From assembly GCA_045600365.1 (NCBI GenBank), contig JAZRXT010000164.1:1-60761 (forward strand): a DNA stretch of 60,761 bases, written 5' to 3'. The position numbers were made by a program, and so were the translations under genes. Shown in pieces: positions 43,726-52,764 of the stretch; within the stretch, counting starts at the first letter, position 1; each line of letters begins with the position of its first letter. Origin of the DNA: Kiritimatiellia bacterium. Lineage in GTDB: Bacteria; Verrucomicrobiota; Kiritimatiellia; RFP12; UBA1067. Under the pieces are notes generated by a model that was not told the origin of the DNA, did no database searches, and saw nothing but the letters and a program-made list of their open reading frames with translations.

Positions 43726-45426
43726 TCAGAATCTGAAAACATTGCGGTTGAAACCGGTGGTGAGGATGTTGCGGCGCGACTTCTGGTGCTCCATCACTGA
43801 GGCGACGAGATACGTGCGCAGGGAGTTCACCCTGCTATCAGCGTCGGTGATGTCGAAGATCTCGCCATCGTCGCGCAGCGTGAGCCGCACGCCATCGTTC
43901 AGGTCAAGGGTGACCTCGGCCAGCACCCGGCGGGAGCCATTGCGGTCCTTCACCGCCATCAGCACCTCCTCGGTCATCAGCGAGGCGCGCATGGTCACGG
44001 CTGGCGCGACGGAGGCGGCCTTCAGGACGTTCGCGACCTTCTCGGCCACGGTGGCGATGGCCCGCTCCTCCAGCAACAGGTCGAACATGGTGATCCTGCT
44101 GTCACGTTCGCGCGGCAGCAGCAACGGGAACATCTTCCTGCCATAGCGAGCCAGCAGGTAGACCATGAAGCCAAGCATGGCGGCAAAAGGCGCAAGGGCG
44201 AGCATTTCCCACACCGCGGTAAGTCCGAAACGCCCGAAGATCGCCACCAGCGCCACCGGCGCGATGAGCCCATTGACAACCGTCATCGCCACCGCAAGCG
44301 CCTCGTGCGCGATGAACACGTAGTAGGAATTGTAGAGATAGACAAGCGAGTAGAAGACGAGCCCGGCGGAGACCAGCCGCACGGCGAGTTCGGCGGCGGG
44401 GACGAGCCCGGGGTCGTCAATGCCCACTGTACGCGTCACGATACTGGGAAACACCGCCAGCAGAGCGGCAAGGCCCACCCCCTCCAGCACCGCCAGGCGC
44501 GTGGCGTACGCCATCATCGTGCGCACCGCCCTCGAGTTGAGCTCGCCCACATACACCGTGACGATCGGCGAGAGCGCCGTGCCGACGCCGTTGAATATCT
44601 CGAGAAAGCCGATTGTCACGATCACCGCGCTCAGCACCGGCAGCATCCCGGCGCCGTAGCTGCAGATGACGAACTTGTTGAGGAAGAAGAACAGACCAGC
44701 CGAGCACAGGAACGAACAGGAGTCGCCAATCGACGACTTCAAGATGCGCAGCGTGTCGAGGAGAGAGAAGTGCCGCACGAGGCGGAAGGTGTTGGACGCC
44801 CGGCGGAAATGGACGAGCAGCACCAGGAGCGCGGCGACGTTCGCCAGCGAGGTCCCCTGCGAACATCCGCCAATCCCCAGACCAAGAAACCTCACGGACA
44901 CATAGGAATATAGGAAGTTCACCGTGAGCTGGACGGTGTAGGCTCCCATGCAGAGACGGGAATCGCCGTCCGCCATAGCGACGTTCACGAGCAGAATAAC
45001 CACCGGCTCCAGCATCGCCGAGGGCATGTACCAGTTCCAGTAGGCGGAGGCGAGCGAGGATATCTCCTGCCCCGGGGCCATGAAGCCGAGGAACAGGTCG
45101 CGCCCCGGGATGAACAGCAGCAGGAGCATGGCTCCGCCCAATAGGACGGTCACCAGTCCCTGGGTGAAGAACTCGTGAGAGCGGCGCGCGGCGCAGCGAC
45201 CACGCTCCAGCGCGTAGTTGATGCCCATCCCCACCCCGCAGAGTCCGGCGAAGAAGGTGACGCCGTTCATCACCGGGGATAGCAGGTTTATGGCGGCAAG
45301 GGCGTTCTCGCCGAGCAGATTTCCCGCCACGATGCTGTCGGAAAGCCCCATCAGGAACTCGACGACCATCGCGAAGCTGCCCGCAAGCAGCAGCTTCTTG
45401 AACTTCTCCACTCCGAAGTGCATCAT
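43726..45426 (-). CDS. MATE-family transporter fused to a C-terminal SpoIIAB/RsbW-like HATPase domain.
   Basis: The first ~440 aa are 12-TM MATE-like (LAGSFAMVVEFLMGLSDSIVAGNLLGENALAAINLLSPV...). The tail (nt 43726 to about 44095) reads VAEKVANVLK...ASLMTEEVLMAVKDRNGSRRVLAEVTLDLNDGVRLTLRDDGEIFDITD. Confidence 0.85.
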   Translation of the reverse strand: MMHFGVEKFKKLLLAGSFAMVVEFLMGLSDSIVAGNLLGENALAAINLLSPVMNGVTFFAGLCGVGMGINYALERGRCAARRSHEFFTQGLVTVLLGGAMLLLLFIPGRDLFLGFMAPGQEISSLASAYWNWYMPSAMLEPVVILLVNVAMADGDSRLCMGAYTVQLTVNFLYSYVSVRFLGLGIGGCSQGTSLANVAALLVLLVHFRRASNTFRLVRHFSLLDTLRILKSSIGDSCSFLCSAGLFFFLNKFVICSYGAGMLPVLSAVIVTIGFLEIFNGVGTALSPIVTVYVGELNSRAVRTMMAYATRLAVLEGVGLAALLAVFPSIVTRTVGIDDPGLVPAAELAVRLVSAGLVFYSLVYLYNSYYVFIAHEALAVAMTVVNGLIAPVALVAIFGRFGLTAVWEMLALAPFAAMLGFMVYLLARYGRKMFPLLLPRERDSRITMFDLLLEERAIATVAEKVANVLKAASVAPAVTMRASLMTEEVLMAVKDRNGSRRVLAEVTLDLNDGVRLTLRDDGEIFDITDADSRVNSLRTYLVASVMEHQKSRRNILTTGFNRNVFRF

Positions 45427-45447
45427 GGCGGGGAGGCGGCTGCGCGC

Positions 45448-46821
45448 CTACTTGATGCCGAGGCGCTTCTCAATGTCCTCGGTGGTGCCGCCCTTCGTCT
45501 CAGGCATGAAGAGGATCGCCCAGATGAGCTGGATCACCATCATGAACGCGAAGAACCCGAAGGCGTAGGTGCCGGCCTTCTCCGCGACGACGGGGAAGAA
45601 CCAGCTGATGAGCGTGCACATGAACCAGTGGGTGAAGCAGCCGAATGCCTGGCCCTTGGCGCGCACCACGTTCGGGAACACCTCGGAGATGTACACCCAG
45701 ATGACGGCGCCCGACGAGCAGGCGAAGAACGCGATGAAGCCGAGAATGCCGGCGACGGCGAGGTACTTGTTGCAGCTGGCGCCGAGGGAGAGCTGCCAGG
45801 CGACGAGCGAATGCATCAGAATCATCAGCGAAGCGCCGCCGATGATCATCGCCTTGCGGCCGAACTTGTCGATGATGAACAGGGCGAGAACGGTGAAGAT
45901 CAGATTGACCGTGCCCACGCCGATCGTGCCGGCAAGCGAGGCGAGCTGCTGGCCTTCGCCGAACACCATCGTGAAGATGCGCGGCGCATAGTAGTTGATG
46001 GCGTTGATGCCGGAAACCTGGTTGAAGAACGCGATGAGGAACGCGAGCATGATCGGCTTCAGGTAGCGCCTCTGGAAGAGCGCCACGCTGGTTCCCTGGC
46101 TGGAGCTCTCAGCGATCGAGCGCTCGATCTCGACGATGATGGAGGCGGTGTCGGAGTAACCCACGCGCTCGAGCGCACGCTGGGCGTCGTCCTTGCGGCC
46201 GACGCGCACGAGCCAGCGGGGCGACTCGGGAATGGTGAACAGGAGCCCCATGAACACGACGGTGGGAACCGCCATGATACCGAGCATCATGCGCCAGACG
46301 GTGGTGGCGTCGGCATGGACGTACTTCTTCACGAAGTAGTTGGAGACATAGGAGATCAGAATGCCGAACACGATGTTGAGCTGGTTCGTCGCCACGAGAC
46401 GCCCGCGCAGATGGCCGGGCGCCACCTCGACGATGTACAGCGGCACCACCACCGACACGCCGCCGATCGCGAGACCGCCAATGAAGCGCATGATGCCGAG
46501 GAACCAGGGACCGAACGTGGCATTGGAAGGCGTGAACGCACACCCAAGGGCCGACACCAGGAACATGAGGCCCATGGCGAACATGGTGGGCTTGCGACCG
46601 AAGCGGTCGCTGGGCGCACCGGCGCCGAACACGCCGACCACGGTTCCGATCAGCGCCACCGAGACCACGAACCCGAGCCAGAACGTGGGCAGTGCAAACT
46701 CCTCACCTATTGCCTGTTCGCAGCCCGAGATCACTCCCGAGTCAAACCCGAACAGAAAACCGCCGAGCGCGGCCGCTAGCACCGAGTAGAACAGTGCGGT
46801 ATGGTTCTTTATGGTTTCCAT
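45448..46821 (-). CDS. MFS sugar-porter-family transporter (457 aa).
   Basis: The true start is the ATG at 46821 (METIKNHTALFYSVLAAALGGFLFGFDSGVISG) with an AAGGAA RBS. PESPRWL and PETKG signatures are present. The upstream part of the 558-aa track ORF is R/G-rich junk overlapping lepA. Confidence 0.9.
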   Translation of the reverse strand: METIKNHTALFYSVLAAALGGFLFGFDSGVISGCEQAIGEEFALPTFWLGFVVSVALIGTVVGVFGAGAPSDRFGRKPTMFAMGLMFLVSALGCAFTPSNATFGPWFLGIMRFIGGLAIGGVSVVVPLYIVEVAPGHLRGRLVATNQLNIVFGILISYVSNYFVKKYVHADATTVWRMMLGIMAVPTVVFMGLLFTIPESPRWLVRVGRKDDAQRALERVGYSDTASIIVEIERSIAESSSQGTSVALFQRRYLKPIMLAFLIAFFNQVSGINAINYYAPRIFTMVFGEGQQLASLAGTIGVGTVNLIFTVLALFIIDKFGRKAMIIGGASLMILMHSLVAWQLSLGASCNKYLAVAGILGFIAFFACSSGAVIWVYISEVFPNVVRAKGQAFGCFTHWFMCTLISWFFPVVAEKAGTYAFGFFAFMMVIQLIWAILFMPETKGGTTEDIEKRLGIK

Positions 46822-46856
46822 TTTCCTTGTTCCTTTGTTTGGTTTTGGAAATCTGG

Positions 46857-48671
46857 TCAGTTCTCGCCCACCTTGCCCTTCAGCACGGCGATGAACGCCG
46901 ACTGCGGCACGTTCACGTGGCCGAACTCCTTCATGCGGGCCTTGCCGCGCTTCTGCTTCTCGAGCACCTTCATCTTGCGCGTCACGTCGCCGCCGTAGAG
47001 CTTGGCCAGCACGTCCTTGCGGAACGGGCGGATGTCCTCTCGGGCGATGATCTCGCGCCCGATCGCCGCCTGAACCGGGATCTTGAACATGTGCGGCGGA
47101 ATGGTGTCGGCCAGCGCCTTGCACATCTGGATGCCGCGGGCGCGCGCCTTGTCGCGATGGACCATGGTGGCGAAGGCGTCGACCTGCTCGGAGTTGAGCA
47201 GAATGTCCATGCGCACGATGTCCGAGACCTGGTAGCCGTCGGGCTCGTAGTCCATCGAGGCGTATCCGTGCGACACCGACTTGAGCGTATCGTGGAAGTC
47301 GATCAGAATCTCGTTGAGCGGCAGCCGGCAGTGGAGCATCACGCGATGGGAATCCACCGTCTCGGTGCCCTCCACGGTCCCGCGGCGGTCCATGACGATG
47401 CGCATCACGTCGCCGATCGACTCCGACGGCGTGATGATGCGCGCCTTTAGGACCGGCTCCGAGATGGTCTCGAGCGTCGAGGGGTCCGGCATCTGCAGCG
47501 GATTGTCGAGATCCTTCTCGGTACCGTCCTTGAGCTTGAGCTTGTAGATGACTCCGGGTGTGGTGGAGATGATGTCGAGATTGAATTCGCGACGCAGGCG
47601 CTCCTGGACGATCTCCATGTGGAGAAGCCCGAGAAATCCGCAGCGGAAGCCGAAGCCGAGCGCGATCGAACTTTCGTGGTGGAAGGAGAACGCGGAATCG
47701 TTGAGATGCAGCTTCTCCAGTCCCTGACGCACCTTCTCGAACTCGTCGGTGCTCATCGGGTAGATGCCGCAGAAGACAGTGGGGCGCAGTTCCTTGAATC
47801 CGGGCAGGGGCTCGTCGCTCCCCAGGCGGGCGAGCGTCACCGTGTCGCCGATCTTGATCTCGGAGGGATCCTTGACCGTGCCGACGAGGTAGCCGGTCTG
47901 CCCCGCCTCAAGCTTATCGGTTGGCTTCTTGGTGGGCGAGAAGATTCCCACCTCGTGCAGCGTGGTGGTGACACCGGAGCCCATGAACCGAACAGTGTCG
48001 CCGCTCTTGACGGATCCGTCCACAATCCGCACGTAGGTGATCACGCCGCGGAACTCGTCGAACACCGAGTCGAACACGAGCGCGCGCAGCGGCGCGTCTA
48101 CACCCCTAGTCGTGGGCGGCGGAATGCGCTTCACAATCGCCTCCAGCACGGCGGCGCAGCCCACGCCGGTCTTGGCGGAGACGAGAAGCGGATTTTCCAT
48201 CTCGATGGCGAGGATGTCCTCTACCTGCTTCGAGACGCCGGGAACATCGGCCCCAGGCAGATCAACCTTGTTGAGGACGGGCACGATCTCGAGATTGGCG
48301 TCCTGGGCGAAATAGGTGTTGGCGACGGTCTGCGCCTCAACGCCCTGGGCGGCGTCGACTACCAGCAGCGCCCCCTCGCAGGCGCCCATCGAACGCGACA
48401 CCTCGTAGGCGAAGTCGACGTGGCCGGGGGTGTCGATGAGGTTGAAAAGGTATTCCTTGCCGTTGTCGGCGTGGTAGACCATCGAGACAGGGTGACTCTT
48501 GATGGTGATGCCCCGCTCGCGCTCGAGATCCATCGCGTCGAGGGTCTGCTCCTTCAGCTCCCTCAGCGGCACGGCCTTGGTCAGTTCGAGTATGCGGTCG
48601 GAAAGCGTGGTCTTGCCATGGTCGACATGGGCGATGATGCAGAAATTGCGTATGTTGTCGAGCGTGGTCAC
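46857..48671 (-). CDS. lepA: Translation elongation factor 4 (LepA).
   Basis: 604 aa. IRNFCIIAHVDHGKTTLSDRILE, DTPGHVDF and the C-terminal LepA-specific region ...KKLLEKQKxGKxRMK-like (KMKVLEKQKRGKARMKEFG). Confidence 0.97.
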   Translation of the reverse strand: MTTLDNIRNFCIIAHVDHGKTTLSDRILELTKAVPLRELKEQTLDAMDLERERGITIKSHPVSMVYHADNGKEYLFNLIDTPGHVDFAYEVSRSMGACEGALLVVDAAQGVEAQTVANTYFAQDANLEIVPVLNKVDLPGADVPGVSKQVEDILAIEMENPLLVSAKTGVGCAAVLEAIVKRIPPPTTRGVDAPLRALVFDSVFDEFRGVITYVRIVDGSVKSGDTVRFMGSGVTTTLHEVGIFSPTKKPTDKLEAGQTGYLVGTVKDPSEIKIGDTVTLARLGSDEPLPGFKELRPTVFCGIYPMSTDEFEKVRQGLEKLHLNDSAFSFHHESSIALGFGFRCGFLGLLHMEIVQERLRREFNLDIISTTPGVIYKLKLKDGTEKDLDNPLQMPDPSTLETISEPVLKARIITPSESIGDVMRIVMDRRGTVEGTETVDSHRVMLHCRLPLNEILIDFHDTLKSVSHGYASMDYEPDGYQVSDIVRMDILLNSEQVDAFATMVHRDKARARGIQMCKALADTIPPHMFKIPVQAAIGREIIAREDIRPFRKDVLAKLYGGDVTRKMKVLEKQKRGKARMKEFGHVNVPQSAFIAVLKGKVGEN

Positions 48672-49480
48672 AGAGCGCTCCCGGGTACGAAAGTGCCGAT
48701 GTCGCGCCCGTCGAACACCGCCGAAAGCACATTGGAGCGCACCGAGCCGGCAATGACGACGTTGGCACCTCCGCGAGCGGCGTTGAATACCGCCCTGAGC
48801 TTGGAGTCCATGCCGCCCTTCGAGAGCGCACCCTTCTCGCCCGGCTTGACGAGCTTCATGGCGTCGCGCGGGCGGCCAATCACGCTCACGCGCGCACCGG
48901 TGGAGTCGAGAAGACCATCGACGGTGGTGAGCAGCACCAGCGCATCGGCGTGCACGAGCTTGACGATGAGCGAGGAAAGCCAGTCATTGTCGCCAAATGC
49001 CAGCCCCTTCAGCTCCTCGTCGGCCACGATGTCGTTCTCGTTGACGACCGGCACGATGCCGGCACGCAGCAGATGGTCGAGCGAACGACGCAGATTGGCC
49101 ACGCGGCGGCGGTCGGCGAAGTCGGAATGGGTGAGCAGCACCTGGCCGATCTTCACTCCGCGGGCGGCGAAGAGCTTCTCGTACTCGGCGATGAAGCGCG
49201 CCTGGCCGACGGCGGCGCACATCTGGACGTCGGACACGTCGGAGGGACGTGCCTTTAGCCCCAGTGCCTCCACGCCCGCCGCCACGGCTCCAGACGAGAC
49301 GAACACCACCTCGAGGCCGCGTCGCCTGAGGCCGACCACGCCATCCACCATGCGCCGCAGCGCCCGATAGTCGGGACGGCCGGTTTTTCTGGCGATGGAA
49401 TGTGTGCCCACCTTGATCACCACGCGACGTGCGTCCTTTAGCACCGCACGCTGTTTGAGATTGTCAGTCGGAGTCTTCAT
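48668..49480 (-). CDS. proB: Glutamate 5-kinase (short form without PUA domain).
   Basis: Start at the ATG at 49480 (MKTPTDNLKQRAVLKDARRVVIKVGTHSIA). VFVSSGAVAAG, VPVVNENDIV, FGDNDWLS and KGGMDSKL blocks. ATGA overlap with lepA. Confidence 0.9.
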   Translation of the reverse strand: MKTPTDNLKQRAVLKDARRVVIKVGTHSIARKTGRPDYRALRRMVDGVVGLRRRGLEVVFVSSGAVAAGVEALGLKARPSDVSDVQMCAAVGQARFIAEYEKLFAARGVKIGQVLLTHSDFADRRRVANLRRSLDHLLRAGIVPVVNENDIVADEELKGLAFGDNDWLSSLIVKLVHADALVLLTTVDGLLDSTGARVSVIGRPRDAMKLVKPGEKGALSKGGMDSKLRAVFNAARGGANVVIAGSVRSNVLSAVFDGRDIGTFVPGSAL

Positions 49481-49502
49481 TTTCGGACATCTTCCGCCCG
49501 CG

Positions 49503-50135
49503 TCATCGGCGTGGCATGTAGGGATTGGATGCATTTTCAGCCGCAATGGTCGTCTCGGCGCCATGCCCCGGCACCACCATGGTCGCACCGGGAAGCGCTG
49601 CAAGAACGGCCAGGGAGTCGGAAAGAGCCTTCGAGGAACCGCCAGGGAAGTCGGTGCGCCCGCAGGATCCCGCGAAGAGCGTGTCGCCAGTAAGTACGAG
49701 TCCGTCGCGCTCGAAGTAGAGACACACGCCTCCTGGGGTATGACCTGGGGTGGAGATCACACGGCAGGAGATGCCGGCTGCCTCGAGGACGAACCCGTCC
49801 ACCAGATCGGCGGCAAGCGTGGCCGGGCGCGGTACCGGCTCGTAGTATGGTGCCCAGGCATTGAGCGGATGGCCGAACATCGGCGCGTCCGCAGGGCCAA
49901 TGTGCACCGCAAGGCCGGGCCAGCGAGCCAGCAGACCGGGGATTGCGCCGATGTGGTCGAAGTGCGCGTGGGTGAGCGCCACCAGCGCCGGCTCCAGCCC
50001 CTTCGAATCAAGCAGCGAGATGAGCTCGGCGGCATCGGCGCCGGGATCGACGATCCAGCACGCGCCCGGTGCCTCGTTGTAGAGGACGGTGCAGTTGGCC
50101 TCGATCGACCCCAGCGGGATGGTTGTGCGTTCCAC
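49503..50135 (-). CDS. MBL-fold metallo-hydrolase (glyoxalase II-like).
   Basis: 210 aa. THAHFDH motif, PGHTPG, and GDTLFAGSCGRTDFPGG. Confidence 0.85.
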   Translation of the reverse strand: MERTTIPLGSIEANCTVLYNEAPGACWIVDPGADAAELISLLDSKGLEPALVALTHAHFDHIGAIPGLLARWPGLAVHIGPADAPMFGHPLNAWAPYYEPVPRPATLAADLVDGFVLEAAGISCRVISTPGHTPGGVCLYFERDGLVLTGDTLFAGSCGRTDFPGGSSKALSDSLAVLAALPGATMVVPGHGAETTIAAENASNPYMPRR

Positions 50136-50155
50136 TTTGCGACGGCTCCCGATGG

Positions 50156-51169
50156 TTAGACGAGCCCGCGCTTGACCAGATGCTCGGCGATCTCGACCGC
50201 ATTGAGCGCGGCGCCGCGGAGCAGCTGGTCGCCCGAGACGAACATCTCGAGGCCCTTCTTGTCGGCACGGGAGATGTCCTGGCGAATGCGGCCGGCCAGC
50301 ACGTCGTACTTGGCGGTGGCGTCGAGCGGCATCGGATAGCCGCCGTTCAGCGGATCGTCCACCAGCTTCACGCCCTCGGCGCCGGCGAGGACCTCGCGCG
50401 CCATCTCGGGGGTGACATCCTGCTCGAACTCGAGGTTGAGCGACTCGGAGTGGGCGCGCGCAATCGGCACGCGCACGCAGGTGCAGCTGAGCATCAGCTC
50501 CGGCAGATGCAGCATCTTGCGCGCCTCATTGCGCATCTTGAGTTCCTCGAGCGTGTACCAGTTCGTCTCGTCGAACTTGTCGATGTGCGGGATCAGGTTG
50601 TACATCAGCTGATGCTGGAAGGCCTTGACCGTGAGCGCCTCGCCCTTCGCATAGGCGTGGATCTGGTCCTCGAGCTCGGCAAGCCCGGGTGCGCCGGCAC
50701 CGGATGCCGCCTGGTAGGTGGACGCGATGAGCCGCTTGAGGCCGAACGCCTTGTGTAGCGGCGCCACCGCCTCGAGCATGATGGCGGTGGTGCAGTTCGG
50801 GTTGGCGATCACGCCCTTGTTCCAGTCGAGATCCTCTGCGTTGACCTGCGGCACGACCAGCGGGACCTCGGGATCCTGGCGGAACGCACGCGAGTTGTCG
50901 ATCATCTTCGCTCCGGCCCTGACCACCGCGTCCTTGAGCTGGATGGCCACGTCGGTCTTGCCCGCGAAGAGCACGATGTCCAGCCCGGCGAACGAATTCT
51001 CCGTCGCCGGCAGCACATGATATGTCTCGCCGTTGATCACCTCGTCGCGCTCGCGGGAGGCGAACACCTGCACCTTGCCGCAGGGGAACGCGCGATCCTT
51101 GAGAACCTTGAGCATCTCGGAGCCGACCGCCCCGACGCCCACCAGTCCCACGTTGAACTGTTTGCTCAT
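50156..51169 (-). CDS. asd: Aspartate-semialdehyde dehydrogenase.
   Basis: MSKQFNVGLVGVGAVGSEM (the ORF is also open from the ATG at 51199). IANPNCTTAIM active-site Cys context. ASTYQAASGAG. Confidence 0.9.
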   Translation of the reverse strand: MSKQFNVGLVGVGAVGSEMLKVLKDRAFPCGKVQVFASRERDEVINGETYHVLPATENSFAGLDIVLFAGKTDVAIQLKDAVVRAGAKMIDNSRAFRQDPEVPLVVPQVNAEDLDWNKGVIANPNCTTAIMLEAVAPLHKAFGLKRLIASTYQAASGAGAPGLAELEDQIHAYAKGEALTVKAFQHQLMYNLIPHIDKFDETNWYTLEELKMRNEARKMLHLPELMLSCTCVRVPIARAHSESLNLEFEQDVTPEMAREVLAGAEGVKLVDDPLNGGYPMPLDATAKYDVLAGRIRQDISRADKKGLEMFVSGDQLLRGAALNAVEIAEHLVKRGLV

Positions 51170-51226
51170 CTTTCTTGCCTTTCGGCGCTTTTGCGCCATG
51201 TGATTGAAGCCATACGACCGACTTCG

Positions 51227-52060
51227 CTACCTTATGGTGTAGCGCGTCGCCTTCATAAACGCCTTCCAGACCTCGGAAGTACCCTTCGCATCCAGCAGCG
51301 CGACCCGGTTCTCCCTCTTGGAGAACGCCTCCGCGAGACCGGCCATGAGACGCAGATAGAACGCGCTCACCGCCACCGGAATGACGCTGAAGAACACAAG
51401 ATGCACCTTCTCGCCGGAATCGTCCCAGACAATGCCGTCGCGGGAAATGCCCAGCGCGAGCGTAAGCCCGCCACCCTCGACCCCGCGCACGTGCGGGAAC
51501 GCAAGACCATCGCCCATCGTCGTGGGCAGCACGCTCTCGCGCTCCATCGCCGCCGCCGTCAGCGCCACGGGATTGGATACGAACCGATTGTCGGCCATCG
51601 CCTGCGCGAGCTCGGCGACCACTTCCTCCGGCTTCGTCCCCTTCACCTCCACCATGAGCTCCTCGGCGGAGAACCGGCTGATGCCGGTCTTGCGCGGCTC
51701 GGTGCGGGATGGCTTCTCGCCCACGTAGCGCGGCGCGTCCTCCTCCTCGTTGTAGAGGATGCGCCCGCAGGACGTGCACGTCTGGATGGTCTTGGCCTGG
51801 CGCACCTGCTGCACCTGCGAGATGGGCAGGCGCATGCCACACACCGCGCAGCAGCCATTGACCATCGGCGACATGACGACGTGGTCCTTCTTGATCATGC
51901 GCTGGTAGACGCCCTTGGGAACGGGATCGAGCTTGTCGACCAGCGAGTCGATCGAATTGTCTAGCGAATCAAGATGCGACCCGTCACCGGTCTGCCGGTG
52001 CTCATCGCGGGTGAGCACCATTTCCTGAAGCTGATTGAGCAGATTGAGCTGATTCTTCAT
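51227..52060 (-). CDS. Fusion of a short coiled coil plus C4 zinc ribbon (COG1579 / HP0958-CT398-like) with a PTS EIIA type-2 (PtsN-like) domain.
   Basis: Start at the ATG at 52060 (MKNQLNLLNQLQ), which avoids overlap with the upstream stop at 52084. CAVCGMRLPISQVQQVRQAKTIQTCTSCGRILY. C-terminal LPTTMGDGLAFPHVRGVEGGGLTLALG is the EIIA-2 His context. Confidence 0.8.
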   Translation of the reverse strand: MKNQLNLLNQLQEMVLTRDEHRQTGDGSHLDSLDNSIDSLVDKLDPVPKGVYQRMIKKDHVVMSPMVNGCCAVCGMRLPISQVQQVRQAKTIQTCTSCGRILYNEEEDAPRYVGEKPSRTEPRKTGISRFSAEELMVEVKGTKPEEVVAELAQAMADNRFVSNPVALTAAAMERESVLPTTMGDGLAFPHVRGVEGGGLTLALGISRDGIVWDDSGEKVHLVFFSVIPVAVSAFYLRLMAGLAEAFSKRENRVALLDAKGTSEVWKAFMKATRYTIR

Positions 52061-52083
52061 TACCTTGCGATCTGCCTTCCGCT

Positions 52084-52764
52084 TCAATGCTGAACGTAGG
52101 TGCCGTTCACTTCCTCCCACGTGCGCGTGGAGAAGAACTCGCTTATCGCCTTGTCATAGCCGGCAGTGTGCGCGAACGCCTTCTTCATCAGCTTGAAGCG
52201 CGTGTCCAGGCCGATGGTGCCGCCATGGTCGGCAAGCTCGTTGACGAGGTTCGGATAGTCCAGCGGATCGGTGACCGAGGCCACGCGCAGATAGTCCTTC
52301 GCCGAGGCGCGGACCATGCAGGGGCCGCCGATGTCAATGTTGGTGCGGGCCATTTCGGGCGTAACGCCCGGCTTCGCAACCGTCTCGCGGAAAGGATAGA
52401 GGTTCACCACCACCATGTCGATCGGGCAGGCCGAAAGACGCTTGAGGTCGGCCTGGTGCGCGTCGTTGTAAGTCTCGCTCAGCAACCCGAGGTAGATCTT
52501 GAAGTCCAGCGTCTTCACAAGGCCGCCCTGCATCTCGGGCTGGCCGGTATAGTCACTCACCGCCACCAGCGTGCCCTCGGCGGCATCGCCCAGAATCTCC
52601 TTCACCTTGGTGTAGGTGCCGCCGGTTGAGTAGATTTTCACCCCGGGGCAGGCCTTGACCATGGCAGGCACGAAAGTGTCGAGACCCGTCTTGTCCGAAA
52701 CACTCATCAACACGTGCCGCACCGCGACCCGCGCATCAATATCCTTAACGATATTCAACGACAT
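52084..52764 (-). CDS. Stand-alone IMP cyclohydrolase (PurH N-terminal MGS-like domain only, 226 aa).
   Basis: Aligns by eye with the E. coli PurH N-terminus: VLMSVSDKTGL, STGGTYTK, VSDYTGQPEM, VKTL, PIDMVVVNLYPF, NIDIGGPCMVRASAK and FAHTAGYDKAISEFF. The gene stops before any AICAR-transformylase domain. Confidence 0.85.
   Translation of the reverse strand: MSLNIVKDIDARVAVRHVLMSVSDKTGLDTFVPAMVKACPGVKIYSTGGTYTKVKEILGDAAEGTLVAVSDYTGQPEMQGGLVKTLDFKIYLGLLSETYNDAHQADLKRLSACPIDMVVVNLYPFRETVAKPGVTPEMARTNIDIGGPCMVRASAKDYLRVASVTDPLDYPNLVNELADHGGTIGLDTRFKLMKKAFAHTAGYDKAISEFFSTRTWEEVNGTYVQH

Noticed and set aside
45418-46779. 453-aa plus-strand ORF rich in H/E/D/R/G.
   Set aside because: It is the mirror image of the MFS sugar-porter gene, which has unmistakable PESPRWL and PETKG signatures on the minus strand.
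46822-47124. N-terminal extension of the MFS ORF (558 aa). Similar extensions exist for proB (49481-49603), asd (51170-51199), the EIIA fusion (52061-52120) and gene 990 (5157-5210).
   Set aside because: The extensions overlap upstream genes or start at non-ATG codons. Internal ATGs with RBS-like sequences give N-termini matching the expected family starts.
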